Program-made: the position numbers and the translations under genes
Notes under the pieces: model-generated
What the model was told of the DNA's origin: nothing
What the model saw: only the letters and a program-made list of their open reading frames with translations
Database searches by the model: none
From: an uncultured Alphaproteobacteria bacterium
GTDB taxonomy: Bacteria; Pseudomonadota; Alphaproteobacteria; RF32; CAG-239
Direction of reading: 5' to 3'
Assembly (NCBI GenBank): GCA_944390885.1
Contig: CALXRP010000007.1
Coordinates: 8,756-72,755, forward strand
DNA length: 64,000 bases
Part shown: positions 29,262-37,124 of the stretch, in pieces
Layout of the letters: the number at the start of each line of letters is the position of its first letter
Position numbering within the stretch: the stretch's first letter is position 1

Positions 29262-29297
29262 ATAAGCTATCCTTTCAAAATATGAAAGGATAGCTTA
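29262..29297 (+). promoter_or_regulatory. perfect 16-bp hairpin covering the RBS of the first small membrane gene
   Basis: ATAAGCTATCCTTTCA-aaat-TGAAAGGATAGCTTAT. The right arm contains AAGGA 12 nt before the ATG at 29301, and no T-run follows. Confidence 0.6.
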
Positions 29298-29300
29298 TAA

Positions 29301-29579
29301 ATGAAAGAACGGATACAAAATTTCATCAGAGTATTTGCAGCCTTTATGGTTGTAGATATTTTTCTATTTTTTATGCTTCGGTGGGTAATAGAATATGAGT
29401 GGGCTGTAATAGTTTGGGGAGCACCTTTTTTATCCATTCCCATAGCTTTAGTGTTAGCAATTTTCGCATTCTTCAAAATAACATTCAAAATTCCTTATGC
29501 TCAAATTGTGCGTTGGGGGATAGTTGTTGATACTATAATATTTGGGATCGAAATGTTGAACAATATGATGTTTAAATGA
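29301..29579 (+). CDS. small membrane protein A1
   Basis: 92 aa, MKERIQNFIRVFAAF..., with about 3 hydrophobic segments. It is a paralogue of A2 (30291..30581). Confidence 0.55.
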   Translation: MKERIQNFIRVFAAFMVVDIFLFFMLRWVIEYEWAVIVWGAPFLSIPIALVLAIFAFFKITFKIPYAQIVRWGIVVDTIIFGIEMLNNMMFK

Positions 29580-29609
29580 TATTCAGGCAAAATAGAAAGA
29601 GAAAAGATA

Positions 29610-29867
29610 ATGAAAGAACGTTTTTGGAATTTAATGTTTTTGTGTGGTATGTTTCCCTCGTTATTTTTTTTGTTATTCATTGGTCTTTTTGGGGGAATAG
29701 GAACGATAATGTTTTTGGCCGTCATTTTAGGCTGGATATGGGCAATAAGCATTTTCTTAGTGCTGGTGGGGGTTCCTCTTCCGTATGTCAAACAAGAGTA
29801 TACAGAGTTAGCACTTTTCCTCTTGTTTCCTGAAATATTTATTTTAGGTGCCCTTGTACCTTTTTAG
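29610..29867 (+). CDS. small membrane protein B1
   Basis: 85 aa and almost entirely hydrophobic. Positional equivalent of B2. Confidence 0.5.
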   Translation: MKERFWNLMFLCGMFPSLFFLLFIGLFGGIGTIMFLAVILGWIWAISIFLVLVGVPLPYVKQEYTELALFLLFPEIFILGALVPF

Positions 29868-29930
29868 TAGACAAATATAAAAAAATCTAATATTGTCAAA
29901 GTATCTGAAAAATAAAGGATATTTGATAAT

Positions 29931-30119
29931 ATGAGGAAAACAAAAAAAGAACAAAAGAAAGAGGGAGAAGTTGCCGTGCAAACAACAGCTTTCTCCCGCT
30001 TTTATAATTTCATTAATAATATCGATTATAAAAAACATTGGAAAATATTAGGTTTTTTAGTTATTTTCACCATAATTTTAAGTCTTAGCTTTTTTATAAT
30101 GTTATGGTGTGCATTATAG
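29931..30119 (+). CDS. small membrane protein C1 (basic N-terminus plus one TM)
   Basis: 62 aa, MRKTKKEQKK.... The start region, including 41 nt aaggatatttgataatatgaggaaaacaaaaaaagaacaaaa, is identical to that of C2. Confidence 0.5.
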   Translation: MRKTKKEQKKEGEVAVQTTAFSRFYNFINNIDYKKHWKILGFLVIFTIILSLSFFIMLWCAL

Positions 30120-30128
30120 GGGTAAAAA

Positions 30129-30251
30129 ATGAAAAAATTTAATGTATGGTTCAAATTTTGTTTGTTATGTTTAGGATATTTAATTATCATACCACCATTC
30201 TTGCTGGCATTATATTTAAATATTATAATGATTTGGTCTGAAATTAGTTAA
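30129..30251 (+). CDS. mini membrane protein D1 (40 aa)
   Basis: A manually found ORF, MKKFNVWFKFCLLCLGYLIIIPPFLLALYLNIIMIWSEIS. It is below the ORF-track cutoff and has a positional counterpart, D2. Confidence 0.3.
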   Translation: MKKFNVWFKFCLLCLGYLIIIPPFLLALYLNIIMIWSEIS

Positions 30252-30290
30252 TACTAATATTTAACAAAATAAAATATATAAAAGATAAAA

Positions 30291-30581
30291 ATGAAAGAAC
30301 GGATACAAAATTTTATCAGGGTTTACGCTGCATGGGTTGCAATTGCGCCCTTGTCTATAGTTGGTGAAATATTAGGTTTTTCAGGGAATTATGCTCCATA
30401 TGTTTTTATAGCATTACAGATTATTTTATTCATCTTAGCATTTCTGGCCTTCTTTAATATCACATTAGGTATTCCTTACCGCAAGATAATACAATATGCT
30501 CTGTATATAGATTGGATTTTGTTTTTTATTGCCTTGGTTATTGGATTGCCAATAATCGCATCGCTTATGAGAGGGATATAA
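30291..30581 (+). CDS. small membrane protein A2
   Basis: 96 aa, MKERIQNFIRVYAAW.... The first ~13 residues are nearly identical to A1 and the rest has diverged. Confidence 0.55.
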   Translation: MKERIQNFIRVYAAWVAIAPLSIVGEILGFSGNYAPYVFIALQIILFILAFLAFFNITLGIPYRKIIQYALYIDWILFFIALVIGLPIIASLMRGI

Positions 30582-30582
30582 A

Positions 30583-30858
30583 ATGATAAAACAATTTTTT
30601 CATCAGTTGGCAATGTTGTTAACAATGACCGTTCCTGTCTTTTTTATGGGAATAATTGGTGTTCAAAAAGAAAATTTATTTTTGGATTGGCTTTGTATAG
30701 CTTTATTATTTTTTCTGTCAGGGTGTTTTTTATGCATTTTGTTCGGGAAAAAATTGTCGCTCTTAAAACAAGAAAATGTAGAAATTGCATTATTTCTGAC
30801 ATACATTGAACTTTTAATATTAGTATTTCTTTTTGCTGATACAGTTAAGGATATTTGA
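30583..30858 (+). CDS. small membrane protein B2
   Basis: 91 aa and hydrophobic, abutting the A2 stop. Confidence 0.5.
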   Translation: MIKQFFHQLAMLLTMTVPVFFMGIIGVQKENLFLDWLCIALLFFLSGCFLCILFGKKLSLLKQENVEIALFLTYIELLILVFLFADTVKDI

Positions 30859-30862
30859 TAAT

Positions 30863-31078
30863 ATGAGGAAAACAAAAAAAGAACAAAAACAACTTGAAGA
30901 ATCTAGTATTAAAGATACAGATTCTTCAAGTTTAGTTATTAAATTTTTTGATAAAATAAAAGCAATAAATTATTTTCGTCATTGGAAATACATTATTAGA
31001 ATATTGCTATTAAGCATTCTTCTATTTGGTTATATTTATTGTATAACTTTTTGCACCGTTATAAAGTCAGAATTATAA
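30863..31078 (+). CDS. small membrane protein C2
   Basis: ATG at 30863, MRKTKKEQKQ..., with a C-terminal TM. Paralogue of C1. Confidence 0.5.
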   Translation: MRKTKKEQKQLEESSIKDTDSSSLVIKFFDKIKAINYFRHWKYIIRILLLSILLFGYIYCITFCTVIKSEL

Positions 31079-31094
31079 TAAAAGGGAATGATCT

Positions 31095-31214
31095 TTGAAT
31101 AAGTTTTTAGTTTATTTAAATTTTACATTAATAATCATTGGATATATATTTTCATTAAGTCTATTTTTTTATATGTTATATTGGACAATTATTTTTACTG
31201 TAAGTCTTTTTTGA
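31095..31214 (+). CDS. mini membrane protein D2 (39 aa, TTG start)
   Basis: A manually found ORF, (M)NKFLVYLNFTLIIIGYIFSLSLFFYMLYWTIIFTVSLF. The conserved KF and GY positions match D1. The start codon is weak. Confidence 0.25.
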   Translation: MNKFLVYLNFTLIIIGYIFSLSLFFYMLYWTIIFTVSLF

Positions 31215-31374
31215 AAGTAGCAGTTAAATTTTTATAAAAAACAAATTATCAGTAAAATTTAACTAAAGAAAATAGCTTACGCCGTAATATCGGCGTTTTT
31301 TTGTATACCGAACATCTGCTCAAGCCTGAACAGGTGTTCTTTTTTTATTAAATAACAATCAATAAGGAGAAAAC

Positions 31375-32088
31375 ATGAAGAATATGCTTGAAATCTGCCG
31401 TGAGGCGGCAAGCCTTGTTGCGGCCCAAAAGCCGGAAGACTTGTTTAATGAAGATTCCCAACAGGAGGCTGTTTTCCTGAGCGTTGCCAAAGACACTTTA
31501 GACAGCCTGCTGCGCTATGGTGATTGGCAGGAACTGACCAAAGAGGGCGTTTTGCGCACTTCCGGCGGCCGCACTTCTTATCTTATCAAACAGTTCTGCC
31601 CCGATTTTTATTCTATATTGAATAATACGGTCTATATCAAAGACAGCGCGGAAAAAGTTATCGGCGCCATCACTCCGCAGGATTGGATGCGTGAAAAATA
31701 TTTCAACTGCCCCGGTGCCGGTCTGAAGTTCAAAATCCAAAACGGCATGATCAAGTTTCTGACCCCGCCGCCGGACGGGATTAAGATTGTTTTTCAGTAC
31801 CGCTCGTCAAACATTGTGTTTGATGCAGCAAACGGCTATGAGGAAAAATCCGAACTGACCAAAAATACCGATGTGCCGATTTTTGATGAATTTTTGGTCA
31901 AAAAAGGCATCGTCTGGCGCTGGAACCGGCGCAACGGTATGCCGTATGAAGAAGAATTTAACGAATACGAGCGCGAAGTCAAAGCCAAATTCGGCAGCGG
32001 CCTGGCCTCCCGCGATATTAACCTTGCCGGTATGGTTTTTGATCCGGCGGCAGAAGGAGTATATGTCAATGCAGCAAAGAACAATTAA
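31375..32088 (+). CDS. virion structural protein (putative adaptor or tail component)
   Basis: 237 aa with an AAGGAGAAAA RBS. This is where backbone-like composition resumes. It overlaps the next gene. Confidence 0.5.
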   Translation: MKNMLEICREAASLVAAQKPEDLFNEDSQQEAVFLSVAKDTLDSLLRYGDWQELTKEGVLRTSGGRTSYLIKQFCPDFYSILNNTVYIKDSAEKVIGAITPQDWMREKYFNCPGAGLKFKIQNGMIKFLTPPPDGIKIVFQYRSSNIVFDAANGYEEKSELTKNTDVPIFDEFLVKKGIVWRWNRRNGMPYEEEFNEYEREVKAKFGSGLASRDINLAGMVFDPAAEGVYVNAAKNN

Positions 32089-33622
32089 CCGCAGCGCCAA
32101 ATCGGTCAACTACACGCTGCCCAGCCCGATTGGCGGATTAAACGCCCGCGACAGCCTGGATTTGATGTCAGAAACCGATGCCGTCGTCATGGACAATTAT
32201 CTCCCGCTGGATACCAAAGTTGCTTTGCGCCGCGGTTATGTCCGTTATGCGGCGCTGGATGGAAAAGTCCGGACGCTGGCGGAATACAAATTGCCCGATG
32301 AAAACCGCTTTTTGGCTTTTGCCGGTTCCACAGTTTATAATATTTCTTCCAAGGCTGCCATAAAGGATTATAAAAAAGATTTCGGCGAAGGGCGCTGGCA
32401 GTATTGCCAGTTCAAAAACCGCCTGCTGCTGGTCAACGGATATGACAAGCCGCAGACGTTTTATGTTGATGACAACGGCGACGAACATTTTGAAGAAGCC
32501 TCTTTTTCCGGCACCAATTTGCTGCCGCAACGGCTGATTAACGTTTGTACGTCGCACCAGCGGCTTTTCTTTGTCGAGAAAGGCACGCTCAATGCCTGGT
32601 ATTCCGAGGGTGTGGGAGAAGTGCAGGGAACCTTGGTCAAATTTGACCTTTCAACAATTTTTCGCGACGGCGGAGAACTTGTGGCAATCGCCTCCTGGAC
32701 ACAAGACGGCGGGCAGGGAATTGACGACCTGACGGTTTTTATCACGTCGGAAGGCGAAGCGGCCGTTTACCGCGGTTCTGACCCCGGAGATGCCGACGAC
32801 TGGGAGTTAAAAGGCGTTTTCCGGATGAGCCGGCCGATAGGCTATCGCTGCCTTTTGCCTTATCAGGGAGATGTGGTCATTATATCGGAAGACGGGTATA
32901 TTCCGCTGTCAAAGGCGCTGCCGATGGAGCAGGCCAATGCGTCTCAGATTGCCTTTTCCGATAAAATCCGGGGCTTGGTGCTGGACAGAACCAGAAACAA
33001 CAAGGGAAAAGAGGGCTGGCAGGGGATTATCTACGGCCGCGGCGGATATGCTTTGTTTAACGTTCCGGTCAACCAGCAGTTTGAACAGCACGTTATCAAT
33101 ACCAATACCGGCGCCTGGTGCCGTTTTACCAATATCCGCGCCTTGTGCTGGGGGCTGTTTCAGGGGCGCCTGTATTTCGGCGGGGAAGACGGCGTCTATC
33201 TGTTTGACGAAGGCTATTCGGACAATAAAGTCCATATCTTTGGCAAAATAGCTCAGGCCTATACAAATCTCGGTAATGGAAATTTGAAGAAAATTCAAAT
33301 GATTAATCCGCGTACAAAGTCAAGCACCAAATATGCGTTGGTTGTTTATGCCAATGTGGATTTTGATGACAAAGATAAGGCCTATGCCGAAAATATCGGT
33401 TATTCCGGTGTGACCAAATGGAACACTGCGGCCTGGAGCAGCCTGGACAATCCGATCGGCACCAAATGGGCAACGCTGAAAGGAAAAATCCGCAGCCAGT
33501 GGATTGGCTGTTCGGCAACCGGCTTCAAAATCAGCCTTGTTTTTCAGACCAAAACCAGGGGAAACCTGATTGAATGGTATGATACCGGTTTTCGTTACGA
33601 GTCCGGCAGCGGTATCTTATAA
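32063..33622 (+). CDS. virion structural protein (putative tail component)
   Basis: ATG at 32063 (MSMQQRTINRS...) with a GAAGGAG RBS gives 519 aa. The 31871 extension lies inside the previous gene and was rejected. Confidence 0.55.
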   Translation: MSMQQRTINRSAKSVNYTLPSPIGGLNARDSLDLMSETDAVVMDNYLPLDTKVALRRGYVRYAALDGKVRTLAEYKLPDENRFLAFAGSTVYNISSKAAIKDYKKDFGEGRWQYCQFKNRLLLVNGYDKPQTFYVDDNGDEHFEEASFSGTNLLPQRLINVCTSHQRLFFVEKGTLNAWYSEGVGEVQGTLVKFDLSTIFRDGGELVAIASWTQDGGQGIDDLTVFITSEGEAAVYRGSDPGDADDWELKGVFRMSRPIGYRCLLPYQGDVVIISEDGYIPLSKALPMEQANASQIAFSDKIRGLVLDRTRNNKGKEGWQGIIYGRGGYALFNVPVNQQFEQHVINTNTGAWCRFTNIRALCWGLFQGRLYFGGEDGVYLFDEGYSDNKVHIFGKIAQAYTNLGNGNLKKIQMINPRTKSSTKYALVVYANVDFDDKDKAYAENIGYSGVTKWNTAAWSSLDNPIGTKWATLKGKIRSQWIGCSATGFKISLVFQTKTRGNLIEWYDTGFRYESGSGIL

Positions 33623-33635
33623 AAGGAGAAAATCC

Positions 33636-34055
33636 ATGGAAACGGAAATCATCCACGATGAATGCGGCGTCATTAAAGACTGGGTTTGCTTTGGTTTGGG
33701 AGAAGATACCCAATGGTGCGGAGAAAATTATACCTGCGGTTTTTCCCGGAACGGCAAAATGATCGGCGGACTGATTTTTCATGACTACCGCAAAAATACA
33801 GATGTCTGGTGGACAATCTTCAGCACGGATAAACGCTGGTGTACCAAAAGGGTGCTGAAATACATTTTCGGCGTCGCTTTTAAAGATTTGCATTGCCAAA
33901 GAATAAGCCTGATGGTCGCGGACGATAACCTGCCTTGCCTGAATTTTGTCAGAAAGCTTGGCTTTCGCGAAGAAGGAAGATTGCGGGCTTATCGAGAAAA
34001 CGGCGGGGATTGCATTCTTTTCGGTATGTTAAAAAGGGAATGCCGTTATTTGTAA
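33636..34055 (+). CDS. GNAT-family N-acetyltransferase
   Basis: ATG at 33636 after an AAAGGAGAAAA RBS. RISLMVADDNLPCLNFVRKLGFREEGRLR is a typical GNAT motif A / beta4-alpha3 region. Confidence 0.7.
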   Translation: METEIIHDECGVIKDWVCFGLGEDTQWCGENYTCGFSRNGKMIGGLIFHDYRKNTDVWWTIFSTDKRWCTKRVLKYIFGVAFKDLHCQRISLMVADDNLPCLNFVRKLGFREEGRLRAYRENGGDCILFGMLKRECRYL

Positions 34056-34086
34056 CAGCACCATAAACGGGGGGAGGGTGAAAGCC

Positions 34087-34179
34087 TTCCTCTTTTTTTA
34101 TGCCGACAATCCGGCGCCATAATTTTATTACAAATCATAAAAGGAGAAAATAAATGAGTAAAAGCATCGGAAAACTGCT
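34087..34179 (+). repeat. direct repeat copy 1 (terminator tail, RBS, first 26 nt of CDS), left flank of cassette 4
   Basis: A 93-bp segment, ttcctctttttttatgccg(a/g)caatccggcgccataattttattacaaatcataaaaggagaaaataaatgagtaaaagcatcggaaaactgct, that recurs at 36117..36209 with 1 mismatch. Confidence 0.95.
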
Positions 34180-34903
34180 TGGTGGTAAATATGAGCCAAT
34201 GCCGATTGAGAACAATTTTAACAAAAATCGGCAGGTAAATTATTTTGAACTATTCGGGAAAAATGAACAATCTTACATTGAACCGACACCGGCCTGGGGA
34301 CAGTCATTATATCAAGAACAAAATATATCATACATACCACAAGAGAGAAGAAACACTGAATATTTTCCTTCTCGTTTTGAAAAATTTGTTAGAAATTTAA
34401 AGAGCCCAGAAGTTGAAGGGATAGGATATGAAGATAACTTAGCGAAAATAGATCAAAGGACGCATACTGGAATTATACAGCCGACGTTAAATCGTTTTTT
34501 AAGGGCTCATCCGCACTATAGAGAGACATTTCCTAACGATATAAAAGATTTAACTCAACATCATATTGATATCATTTATAAAAACGATTACTACGATGCA
34601 TATCGAATAAATGAAATTCAAAATGAAAAGTTGGCGGAAACAATGTTTGATAGCTATGTCAATCATAGTCCGAAGGATATTACAAAATGGCTTCAAGAAG
34701 GGATTAATCTTTATAGTCATAATACTGTAAGTGAAGACGGTATTTTGGGGAGTCAAACAATAAATAGTTTAAATTATATTGATGAAAATACAGTTGCTTT
34801 GATTAATAATTATGTTCTAGAAAAAAGAATTGAAGAGGCCAAACAAAAAAGACCAAACTATAGAGGCCTAATTCCAAGAATCAACAGATTAAGAATGGAA
34901 TAA
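34154..34903 (+). CDS. GH108-like muramidase with PG_binding_3-like C-terminal domain (divergent); N-terminal 11 aa shared with the gene at 36184
   Basis: VEGIGYEDN...THTGIIQPTL...IKDLTQHHIDIIYKNDYYDAYRINEI...MFDSYVNHSP...SEDGILGSQTINSLN follows the GH108 (hEGGy..., GIt..tl, Y...yw) plus DGiiGpkT pattern. MSKSIGKLLGG comes from the duplication. Confidence 0.6.
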   Translation: MSKSIGKLLGGKYEPMPIENNFNKNRQVNYFELFGKNEQSYIEPTPAWGQSLYQEQNISYIPQERRNTEYFPSRFEKFVRNLKSPEVEGIGYEDNLAKIDQRTHTGIIQPTLNRFLRAHPHYRETFPNDIKDLTQHHIDIIYKNDYYDAYRINEIQNEKLAETMFDSYVNHSPKDITKWLQEGINLYSHNTVSEDGILGSQTINSLNYIDENTVALINNYVLEKRIEEAKQKRPNYRGLIPRINRLRME

Positions 34904-34950
34904 AGCTTATCAAAAAGTTAATACAAGATGCGTTTGAAGTAATTTTTTAT

Positions 34951-35412
34951 CTAGAACGCATCTTGGTTTTTTTGTAAATCAAGCAAGGCACCTAATATTT
35001 TTTCTTGAAATTTGAACCAATCACCGCGATTAAATATTTGTTGCATTGTGCCACAAGACGGAATGCAATATTTGTTGTCATTTCTTAAATCCCAATAAAA
35101 ATCAAGAATCTGCTGACGAATTGCATTATATCTTGCCGTCATGGCTGCTTGCGTTTCCTGAGTAAATTCGGAATCAAGAAGCTGGTATATCTGTTGATCC
35201 ATACACTCATTTGCCTTTATTCCAGCCGAAATATTGCCAGTCGTAGATGTCGGATTGTTTTCAAAAGCTTTTTCCCAACATTGAAAACTAATCTGAGCGG
35301 CTTGCTTTTCACCGTAACTTAAAATTTTGTCCTCTTCTTGCATGTTACAACAATTAAGAAGAAGTAACACCGCTAAAATACGCAAGATATTTTTGTTCAT
35401 TTTTATCCTCAA
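34951..35412 (-). CDS. secreted or lipid-anchored Cys-containing protein
   Basis: 153 aa (or start at 35400, MNKNILRILAVLLLLNCC). It has a signal sequence and several Cys. The organisation is loosely LprI/DUF1311-like, a weak match. Confidence 0.5.
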   Translation of the reverse strand: MRIKMNKNILRILAVLLLLNCCNMQEEDKILSYGEKQAAQISFQCWEKAFENNPTSTTGNISAGIKANECMDQQIYQLLDSEFTQETQAAMTARYNAIRQQILDFYWDLRNDNKYCIPSCGTMQQIFNRGDWFKFQEKILGALLDLQKNQDAF

Positions 35413-35537
35413 ATTAACTTGCTAAAATCTACTATTCTAATATAATAACAGCAAAAGTTTAATTAAATGCAAATGTCATAATAGTTTGGATATTAAATTT
35501 TTATAAGGAAATAATATGAGTGCAATAGGGGATAATC

Positions 35538-35792
35538 ATGCCATCAATTATTCACTGGATAATCTGGGTATTACTGTTAGTACATATATTTCAGAACATT
35601 TTAAAACGGTATAAATTAAAAAATCCGGAAGTCTGGGCAAACATTTTTTCATTACTGACCTGCGGTATAATCTTCGGCTGCCTAAGCCCGACTTTTTCTT
35701 TTGGTTTTTTGTACGGGGTGGTTGGTGCGGTTGTTCCGAGTATGTTCCGTTTTACGGCCAACAAAAAGAGTGATAAAAATGCAGATAATTAA
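35538..35792 (+). CDS. small membrane protein (holin-sized)
   Basis: 84 aa with 2-3 hydrophobic segments and a basic C-terminal tail. Confidence 0.5.
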   Translation: MPSIIHWIIWVLLLVHIFQNILKRYKLKNPEVWANIFSLLTCGIIFGCLSPTFSFGFLYGVVGAVVPSMFRFTANKKSDKNADN

Positions 35793-36075
35793 AGAAATAG
35801 CAAGTTTTTGGAGCTTTGGGCTGCTGATTAGTTTTTTATTTGAAGCAACGTTGCTGATATTTATGCTGCAGCGGATTTTTCAATATTTTATTTCAGATTC
35901 GGCCAGGCTGTACAAAACGCTGACCATTTTAACGACGCCGTTTTTAATCGTCTATATATACGATCCCCGTTTTTTGCTTATTCCGTATAGTATAGAAACG
36001 GCATTTCTGTTTGTCATCCCGCTGACAATAATCTTAAAACCGCTTGCCGTTTTCTGTGATAAAGAAGTAAAATAA
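35779..36075 (+). CDS. small membrane protein (holin-sized)
   Basis: ATG at 35779 overlaps the previous stop. 98 aa with about 3 hydrophobic segments. Confidence 0.5.
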   Translation: MQIIKEIASFWSFGLLISFLFEATLLIFMLQRIFQYFISDSARLYKTLTILTTPFLIVYIYDPRFLLIPYSIETAFLFVIPLTIILKPLAVFCDKEVK

Positions 36076-36116
36076 CAGAACATAGGTTCGATTTCATAGA
36101 GGAAAGATGTTTATCT

Positions 36117-36209
36117 TTCCTCTTTTTTTATGCCGGCAATCCGGCGCCATAATTTTATTACAAATCATAAAAGGAGAAAATAAATGAGTAAAAGCATCGG
36201 AAAACTGCT
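36117..36209 (+). repeat. direct repeat copy 2, right flank of cassette 4
   Basis: See 34087..34179. It is preceded by the perfect terminator hairpin GAGGAAAGAT-GTTT-ATCTTTCCTC plus a T-run. Confidence 0.95.
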
Positions 36210-37056
36210 CGGGGGCGGCGGCGCCAGCACGTCGATGTACGCTTCCGAACGGGAATACTTGAATTATCTCAATAATAAAGACACGTCTTTGGTTGACAAT
36301 ACACTCAACAATTTGAACCAAAGCGCCTACAATTTATCGCAGACGCTGAGCAGCCGGCCGGATTATGTTTATTCGGTAGATGCTTCGGATGCGGCCCGGC
36401 AGCGGGCAGAAAATGCAACATATAATTCATATGTCAGCAGGTTGACGCCGCAATTTGAGCAACAGCAACGCCAACTGGAAACCCGTCTGCAAAACCAGGG
36501 CTTAAGTGTAGGCAGCGAAGCTTATCAAAATGCCATGAACTCAATGTATCAGCAACAAAATGATGCTCTGAACCAGGCTGCTTATAACAGCGTTTTACAA
36601 GGACAACAGGCTTTTAGCAACAGCCTGTCGGATTCCATTCGGGCCGGAAATTTCTCAAATGCCGCCCGGCAGTATCCGGTAAACGAAATCTTGCAGTTAA
36701 TATCCAATTCAATGAGCGGCGATGATGTGGCCCTGGCAAAATATCAAGCTCAGTTGGGAGCAGATTCCCGCATTGCTCAGAACAAAGCCGCAAATTCGGC
36801 CGGTCAATATGCCCTGGGTAATCAGTTTCTGAGCGGAGCGGCCATGGCAATGTTCTCTGATGCCAGAGTGAAGGAAAACATCGTTCCGGTCGGCAGATTG
36901 GATAACGGCCTGACCGTATATTTGTTCAACTATATCGGCGAAGAGATTCCGCAAATCGGGCTGATTGCGCAAGAAGTCGCGGAATACCGCCCGGAGGCCG
37001 TCATGCAGGACGAATACGGCTTGCTGCATGTCAATTATGCTCTGGCCGCAGCTTAA
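36184..37056 (+). CDS. fibre/needle-like virion protein with C-terminal intramolecular chaperone (peptidase S74) domain
   Basis: The body is Q/N/S-rich. The C-terminus, SDARVKENIVPVGRLDNGLTVYLFNY...IGLIAQEVAEYRPEAV, is the hallmark S74 auto-cleaving chaperone motif (SDxRxKxNI). Confidence 0.75.
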   Translation: MSKSIGKLLGGGGASTSMYASEREYLNYLNNKDTSLVDNTLNNLNQSAYNLSQTLSSRPDYVYSVDASDAARQRAENATYNSYVSRLTPQFEQQQRQLETRLQNQGLSVGSEAYQNAMNSMYQQQNDALNQAAYNSVLQGQQAFSNSLSDSIRAGNFSNAARQYPVNEILQLISNSMSGDDVALAKYQAQLGADSRIAQNKAANSAGQYALGNQFLSGAAMAMFSDARVKENIVPVGRLDNGLTVYLFNYIGEEIPQIGLIAQEVAEYRPEAVMQDEYGLLHVNYALAAA

Positions 37057-37124
37057 AATTTTTGATGTAACTTCAGCCGCTCTTGCATAATGCCGGAGCG
37101 GCTTTTTTTATATAAGGAGGAAAA

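Noticed and set aside
31871-32062. N-terminal extension of the 583-aa ORF (start at 31871).
   Set aside because: The extension lies entirely inside the 31375..32088 gene in another frame. A good RBS and ATG at 32063 give a sensible 519-aa protein.
18763-36209. Integron-like gene cassettes, given the repeat- and hairpin-flanked promoterless ORFs.
   Set aside because: There is no IntI-type integrase. The flanking repeats are local duplications of the adjacent backbone sequence, different at each site, rather than a shared attC family.
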